From assembly GCA_040905465.1 (NCBI GenBank), contig JBBDRK010000042.1:6676-18817 (forward strand): a DNA stretch of 12,142 nucleotides, in the 5' to 3' direction. A program made the position numbers and the translations under genes. Positions 7,422 through 12,142 of the stretch are shown here, one piece after another (position 1 is the first letter of the stretch; every line of letters begins with the position of its first letter). Source of the stretch: Trueperaceae bacterium (lineage in GTDB: Bacteria > Deinococcota > Deinococci > Deinococcales > Trueperaceae). The notes below the pieces were generated by a model. It had not been told where the DNA came from and made no database searches. It was given only the letters and a program-made list of their open reading frames with translations.

Positions 7422-8555
7422 ATGACGATGGCTTCCACCACCAACCTTATACTGCGCGACCGCGCCCTGGAACCTATCGCAGAGAAAGTGCTTACCGGCA
7501 AGCGGCTGAACTTCGAAGAGGGGATGGTCTTGTACCGTACCCCGGACTTTCCGGCGCTTGCCCGTCTGGCCGACGTAGTGCGAGAACGACAGGTGGGGCC
7601 CAAGGCCTACTACGTGCACTCGCTCCGGCTGTCCCAGACCAACGTCTGCTACGTGGGCTGCACCTTCTGCGGGTTTCAGAGGAAGCTCGGCGAGGAGGGC
7701 GTGTGGGACTACGACCTGGAGCAGGTCTGGGAGTACGTCGACGGCCACTGGCATCCCGACCTGACCGAGATCCACATCTCCTCGGGGCACCATCCGAAGC
7801 GCGACTGGCAGTACTACCTGGACCTGGTGAGCGGCCTGACCGAGCGCTACCCGGGAGCGCAAGTGAAGGCCTGGACCGCTGCCGAGATCCATCACTTCAC
7901 CAAGATCACGCGACCACGGCTGTCCTACCGCGACGTGCTGACGCAGCTCAAGGAGGCGGGCCTGGTGGCGATGCCCGGCGGCGGCGCCGAGATCTTCGCC
8001 GAGCACGTACGAAAGCGTATAGCCCGGGCCAAGGTCGATGCCGAGGGTTGGCTGCAGATCCACCGCACCGCTCATGAACTGGGAATCCCCACCAACGCCA
8101 CCATGCTCTACGGACACGTAGAGACGGTCGAGGATCGACTCGATCACATGTTGCGCCTGCGGTCGCTGCAGGACGAGTCGGCCGGTTTCTTCTCGTTCAT
8201 CCCCCTGGCGTTTCAGCCGGACAACAACGCCCTCGCCGAAGAGTTGGGCCGCCGGGAGCACACCACCGGACTCGACGACCTGCGCAACCTGGCGGTAGCC
8301 CGACTCGTCCTCGACAATTTCCCCCACATCAAGGGGTACTGGATAATGATCACGCCGGAACTGACGCAGGTGGCGCTGTCGGCGGGCGTAAGCGACATAG
8401 ATGGCACGATCAAGGACGAACGGATCGCTCACGCCTCGGGGGCCGTAACGGAGACCGGACTTGCCGAGAGCGAGTTGATACGACTCATCCGCGACGCCGG
8501 CCGTGTGCCGGTTCTGCGAGACGCCCTCTACAACGAGCTGGCGGTTCATGGCTGA
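7422..8555 (+). CDS. mqnE: Aminofutalosine synthase (radical SAM enzyme, futalosine menaquinone pathway)
   Basis: It has the radical SAM CxxxCxxC motif (NVCYVGCTFC) and CofH/MqnC/MqnE-family motifs KAWTAAEI, MPGGGAEIF, NATMLYGHVE, FIPLAFQP, LDNFPHIKGYW and DIDGTIKDERI. The IAEKV...GKRL N-terminus and FIPLAF/HIKxYW favour MqnE over MqnC, and it is coupled to mqnA. The start is probably ATG 7422 or 7428, not TTG 7392. Confidence 0.88.
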   Translation: MTMASTTNLILRDRALEPIAEKVLTGKRLNFEEGMVLYRTPDFPALARLADVVRERQVGPKAYYVHSLRLSQTNVCYVGCTFCGFQRKLGEEGVWDYDLEQVWEYVDGHWHPDLTEIHISSGHHPKRDWQYYLDLVSGLTERYPGAQVKAWTAAEIHHFTKITRPRLSYRDVLTQLKEAGLVAMPGGGAEIFAEHVRKRIARAKVDAEGWLQIHRTAHELGIPTNATMLYGHVETVEDRLDHMLRLRSLQDESAGFFSFIPLAFQPDNNALAEELGRREHTTGLDDLRNLAVARLVLDNFPHIKGYWIMITPELTQVALSAGVSDIDGTIKDERIAHASGAVTETGLAESELIRLIRDAGRVPVLRDALYNELAVHG

Positions 8556-9435
8556 GCGATCGACGCCGGCGACGAGTTCGTACGCTGCCGAAGCGGCTGG
8601 CGGGCGAATCGAGCGGCTCGGGATCGTCTCATACGCCAATGTCGCGCCGCTGCACTACGGCCTGGAGCCGTGGGGGAGTACCAGTGCCGGCGTGGACCGC
8701 GGCGGGGTCGAGTTCGTCAGGGGCGTACCGAGCGAATTGAACGACTGTCTGCTGGCAGGCGAGATCGACCTCACCCTGATTTCCAGTATCGAGTTCCTGC
8801 GCCACCGTCGACGCCTCAGGGCGCTTCCCGACTTCTCCATCGCCACCCTGGGGCCGGTCTACAGCGTGATGCTCTTCCACTGGCGACCGTGGGACGAGCT
8901 GGCGGGTGCCAGGGTGGCCGTAAGCAACGAGTCGGCGACCAGCGTCGAGTTGCTGCGGGTGCTCTTGGCAGCCGACGGGCTGGAAGCGGAGCTCGTTCCG
9001 GTGCCGCCCGAACTGGGGGCGATGCTCACCGGCCACGACGCGGCACTCCTGATCGGCGACGCCGCTCTCAGCGAGGGAGTCGCCGGGCGTACGATCGGCG
9101 GGCGCCAGCCGCTGGTCACGGACCTGGGAGAGGCCTGGTACGGCCTGACCCGCCTGCCGTTCACCTTCGCGGTTTGGGCATCGCTCAGCAACCGCCCCCC
9201 TTCCCCAGGGCTGGTGGCGCGGCTGAGGGAGGCGCGCGAGCGCGGTCTCGGCGAACTAGCGTCAGTGGCGCGCGCCGAAGGAGAGCGGCGAGGCATCGCG
9301 CAGCCGGTCATGCAGCGCTATCTCAACAACTTCCGCTACTACCTGGAGACGCCGGACCGCGACGGGCTGCTCGAGTTCGGACGGCGCAGCCTCGGCGAAC
9401 TGGCGGCCGGCGAGCTGGAGTACTGGCAGCGCTAG
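8548..9435 (+). CDS. mqnA: Chorismate dehydratase (menaquinone biosynthesis protein MqnA)
   Basis: MqnA-type motifs are GIVSYANVAPL, GVPSELN..LLAGEID, ISSIEF, GPVYSVMLF, SATSVELL, DAALLIGDAAL and DLGEAW..LTRLPFTFAVW. ATG 8548 overlaps the mqnE stop (ATGGCTGA), which suggests translational coupling. Confidence 0.9.
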   Translation: MAERSTPATSSYAAEAAGGRIERLGIVSYANVAPLHYGLEPWGSTSAGVDRGGVEFVRGVPSELNDCLLAGEIDLTLISSIEFLRHRRRLRALPDFSIATLGPVYSVMLFHWRPWDELAGARVAVSNESATSVELLRVLLAADGLEAELVPVPPELGAMLTGHDAALLIGDAALSEGVAGRTIGGRQPLVTDLGEAWYGLTRLPFTFAVWASLSNRPPSPGLVARLREARERGLGELASVARAEGERRGIAQPVMQRYLNNFRYYLETPDRDGLLEFGRRSLGELAAGELEYWQR

Positions 9436-10745
9436 GGCATGCGTTCGGCCGAGGTGAGTTCCAGCAAGGTCCGATAGTCGGGGGCGGCCAACCGTTCACG
9501 GCCCGCCTCGAGAAGTTGCGTTCGCTCCCGTCCGATGAGTTCAGCCAGCTCGCGGTGCTCGGTCTGTCCTTGCAACCGGCTCATCAGTTGCGCAACGTGT
9601 GAGGCGGCCACGAGACTCGAGGCCAGGCTGCCCCGTAGCGAGGAGAAGAGCCGTCCGGCCAGGCCGACCAGGTCGAATGGTGGCGCCACCACTCGAAGCT
9701 CGCCTGCCTCGTCCGCTCGGAAGGGGCTGGCGAACTGCGAGCGGCTCAACTCGAGCAGGGCGTCACAGATGCGGTCGAGGCACGCGGTCGCGGTGATCGG
9801 GTCGTTGCTGGCGGGCGAGAGTGCCCGCAACGCCAGCTCCAGAAGCTGGTCGAAGAGCGCCTCGGTGTCCTGACTCTGGCCGCGTCCGTCACCGAACGCG
9901 AGGTTGCCGGTCAGCTCTTCAATCGCAAGATCGGGCAGGTCTCCCGGGTAGACGTCCAGAATATGCTGGCCGTGCATTACGAACGCCCCCGGTCGCAGTC
10001 GCAGTCTGGCGATCGCGTCATGCTGCCCGGTAGTGCGCAGCAGGCCGTCACCGTCGACCGTCTGGAGATATCCCGCGCGGGGCGCGAAGACGCACCGCGA
10101 ACGCTTCTCGAAGTCCGCGGGTAACGCCGCGCCGGGTAGGTCCCGGCCGAGTTTCGCCGGAAAAACGGCGCGGTCCCCATTGGGCTCGACGTGCCTGCGC
10201 AGAGAGTGAGCGACCTTGCCGATTACGTTTTGCACCTGAATCGACGAGGCCAGGTGGTGAATGAAATAGATAAGAGCGGCCAACGTCGCCATGGTTATCA
10301 GCAAGGCCACGGTGACCGACAGGTGCGGCACGAAGGGCTCGCCTTCGTCGCCGCCTCCCTTTACCGTCCGCAGGATCAGCAGGCAGTACACGAAGGTGGA
10401 GACGAACGCACCCAGCACAACCTGATTGCCGCGATCGCGCATGAAGTTGCCGAGCAGACGCGGGCCGAACTGCTGCGAGGCAAGAGTGAGCACTACGATG
10501 GTGAGAGAGAAGACTACCCCCGCCACGTTCATCATCGAGCCGGCAATGGTCGACAGCAAGGAGCGTGCGCCGCCCGGTTGATTCAGATAGATGAAGCGGA
10601 AGCTACCGAGCCACTCCGAAGTCCCGAGTTCGTCGAGCGAAACGGTCACCGCCGACAGCAGCACCGCTCCTGCGGTCATCAGCGTAGGCACGAACCAAAA
10701 GCTCGCGCGAATCTCTTCCAGTATGCCCGCCAGGCGTCCTTGCAA
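9432..10745 (-). CDS. DUF2254-family predicted membrane protein of unknown function
   Basis: It has about four N-terminal hydrophobic helices and family-like motifs SFWFVP, ARSLLSTIAGSM, LTLASQQFGPRLL..FMRD, FIHHLASSIQ, GYLQTVD and ALRALSP..NDP.TA. The start is TTG, preceded by purine-rich GGGGGGAAG. Confidence 0.85.
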   Translation of the reverse strand: MQGRLAGILEEIRASFWFVPTLMTAGAVLLSAVTVSLDELGTSEWLGSFRFIYLNQPGGARSLLSTIAGSMMNVAGVVFSLTIVVLTLASQQFGPRLLGNFMRDRGNQVVLGAFVSTFVYCLLILRTVKGGGDEGEPFVPHLSVTVALLITMATLAALIYFIHHLASSIQVQNVIGKVAHSLRRHVEPNGDRAVFPAKLGRDLPGAALPADFEKRSRCVFAPRAGYLQTVDGDGLLRTTGQHDAIARLRLRPGAFVMHGQHILDVYPGDLPDLAIEELTGNLAFGDGRGQSQDTEALFDQLLELALRALSPASNDPITATACLDRICDALLELSRSQFASPFRADEAGELRVVAPPFDLVGLAGRLFSSLRGSLASSLVAASHVAQLMSRLQGQTEHRELAELIGRERTQLLEAGRERLAAPDYRTLLELTSAERMP

Positions 10746-10764
10746 CTTCCCCCCGTTCGGCTAC

Positions 10765-10773
10765 AAGGTAGCA
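10765..10773 (-). promoter_or_regulatory. Possible extended -10 (TGcTACCTT) upstream of the DUF2254 gene
   Basis: The minus strand reads TG-C-TACCTT (TGnTAnnnT), ending 19 nt before the TTG start. It is overlapped by the inverted repeat GCTAC-N3-GTAGC. Confidence 0.4.
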
Positions 10774-10809
10774 GAGGGAAGCCATCGGCGGCACCGGCTT
10801 TCTCACGGC

Positions 10810-12117
10810 CTACAGCACGAAGCGGCTCAGGTCCTCGCTCTCGACGATGTCCTCCAGCTTGCGGCGGACGAACTCGGCGTCGACGGTGATGTCGCCGAGT
10901 CCGGTGGCGAAGGAGATGTCCTCGAGCACCGTCTCCAGCATGGTGTGCAGGCGCCGAGCGCCGATATCCTCTACCTCGCGGTTCACGCGTTCCGCATACT
11001 GGGCGATCGCCTCGATGCCGGACTCCTGGAAGCGCACGAAACTGCCGTCTACCTTCAGCAGCTCGATGTACTGGCGGGTGAGCGAGTGCTCGGGCTGTGT
11101 CAGGATCCGCTGGTAGTCGGACGCGGTGAGCTCCTCGAGCTCGACCCGAATGGGGAATCGCCCCTGCAGCTCGGGGATCAGGTCCGACGGCTTCGAAGCG
11201 CTGAACGCGCCGGCGGCGATGAACAGCACGTGGTCGGTCTTGACCGGTCCGTAGCGGGTGTTGACCTGGGTGCCCTCGACAACTGGCAGCAGGTCGCGCT
11301 GCACCCCTTCGCCTGAGACGTCGGAGCCCGAGCTGCTTCCCGCTTCGGCGATCTTGTCGAGCTCGTCGATGAACACGATGCCGGCGTTCTCGGCCCGCCA
11401 GATCGCCTCGCGGCTTACCTCGTCGTGGTCGATGAGCTTCTCGGCCTCCTCGCCCTCGAGCACCTTCCTGGCCTCGGCCACGGTGGTCTTGCGCCGTACC
11501 CGCTTCTTGGGCAGCACGCTGGAGAGCATGTCCTGCAGGTTCATGCCCATCTCTTCCATGCCGGGCATCATCGCCGCGGCCGGTCGCTCGTCCTTGACCT
11601 CGATCTCCACGGTGCGGCTCTCGAGCTGCCCGCCGCGCAGCAGGGCGCGCATCTTGTCGAGTCCCTCCTGCGTTCCACCCGGCAGCAGCGCGTCTAGCAG
11701 GCGGTCCTCGCCCGCAACCTTGGCACGCTCCTGGACTTCGGCCTTCTTCTCCTCCTCGACGATGACGTACGACGCCTGGGCCAGATCGCGGACTATCGAT
11801 TCGACGTCCCGCCCCACGTAGCCCACCTCGGTAAACTTGGTGGCCTCGACCTTGACGAACGGCGCCTTGGCCAGCCGCGCCAGCCGTCGAGCGATCTCGG
11901 TCTTGCCGACGCCGGTGGGGCCGATCATCAGGATGTTCTTCGGCACGATCTCGGCCTGCAAGGCATCCGGGAGCTGCCGGCGGCGGAAGTGGTTGCGCAG
12001 GGCCACTGCCACCGAGCGCTTCGCCTTGCTCTGGCCGATGATGTGACGGTCGAGCTCCTCGACTATCTGCAACGGCGTGAGGTCGGTCGCCGTCCTCAAT
12101 ATCGCCTCACTCGTCAT
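10810..12117 (-). CDS. hslU: ATP-dependent protease ATPase subunit HslU (ClpY)
   Basis: Motifs include [15 protein letters not shown], Walker [23 protein letters not shown], the pore motif [12 protein letters not shown], Walker [39 protein letters not shown] and the C-terminal DLSRFVL. SD GGAGGA is at 12124-12129 on the minus strand. Confidence 0.97.
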   Translation of the reverse strand: MTSEAILRTATDLTPLQIVEELDRHIIGQSKAKRSVAVALRNHFRRRQLPDALQAEIVPKNILMIGPTGVGKTEIARRLARLAKAPFVKVEATKFTEVGYVGRDVESIVRDLAQASYVIVEEEKKAEVQERAKVAGEDRLLDALLPGGTQEGLDKMRALLRGGQLESRTVEIEVKDERPAAAMMPGMEEMGMNLQDMLSSVLPKKRVRRKTTVAEARKVLEGEEAEKLIDHDEVSREAIWRAENAGIVFIDELDKIAEAGSSSGSDVSGEGVQRDLLPVVEGTQVNTRYGPVKTDHVLFIAAGAFSASKPSDLIPELQGRFPIRVELEELTASDYQRILTQPEHSLTRQYIELLKVDGSFVRFQESGIEAIAQYAERVNREVEDIGARRLHTMLETVLEDISFATGLGDITVDAEFVRRKLEDIVESEDLSRFVL

Positions 12118-12142
12118 GTTGCTTCCTCCCCGGACTCCCCGT
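12114..12142 (-). CDS. Possible 3' end of the upstream gene (hslV by usual gene order), with its stop overlapping the hslU start
   Basis: One minus-strand frame reads ...[12 protein letters not shown], with TGA (12114-12116) in an ATGA overlap with the hslU ATG. The identity is inferred only from the usual hslV-hslU order; the fragment is too short to confirm. Confidence 0.35.

Noticed and set aside
8503..8547. GTG start at 8503 for mqnA from the ORF track
   Set aside because: It would overlap mqnE by more than 50 nt. ATG 8548 with an 8-nt coupling overlap is more plausible.
7344..8639. 431-aa antisense ORF opposite mqnE, plus the many other overlapping Arg/Pro/Ala-rich ORFs in the track
   Set aside because: They overlap well-supported genes, have the composition of off-frame GC-rich translation, and contain no recognisable motifs.
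1..12142. CRISPR arrays, tRNA/rRNA, IS elements, integrases, defence or phage genes
   Set aside because: All intergenic gaps are under about 130 bp, I saw no regularly spaced repeats or RNA-gene signatures, and every substantial gene fits a known chromosomal family.

Overview
High-GC bacterial chromosomal window, probably from Deinococcota (Thermus/Truepera-like; inferred from motif variants and gene order, not from a search). On the + strand is a 2-oxoglutarate dehydrogenase operon (5'-truncated sucA, sucB, lpdA), followed by a secreted, very acidic type-1 blue-copper (cupredoxin) protein. Convergent with that gene is a PAS-GGDEF-EAL c-di-GMP enzyme, which is transcribed divergently from the futalosine-pathway menaquinone genes mqnE-mqnA. 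On the - strand are hslU and a DUF2254-like membrane protein; the last few bases may be the 3' end of the gene upstream of hslU, probably hslV. I found no CRISPR array, RNA gene, transposase or phage gene. The region is mostly housekeeping, and I cannot support a claim for a new multi-gene system. The points most worth checking are the extra cysteine pair in the cupredoxin, the AGDEF/ETL variant c-di-GMP enzyme sharing an intergenic region with mqnEA, a near-leaderless extended -10 promoter for mqnE with a repeated TTATACT, and a duplicated 15-mer over the lpdA ribosome-binding site.
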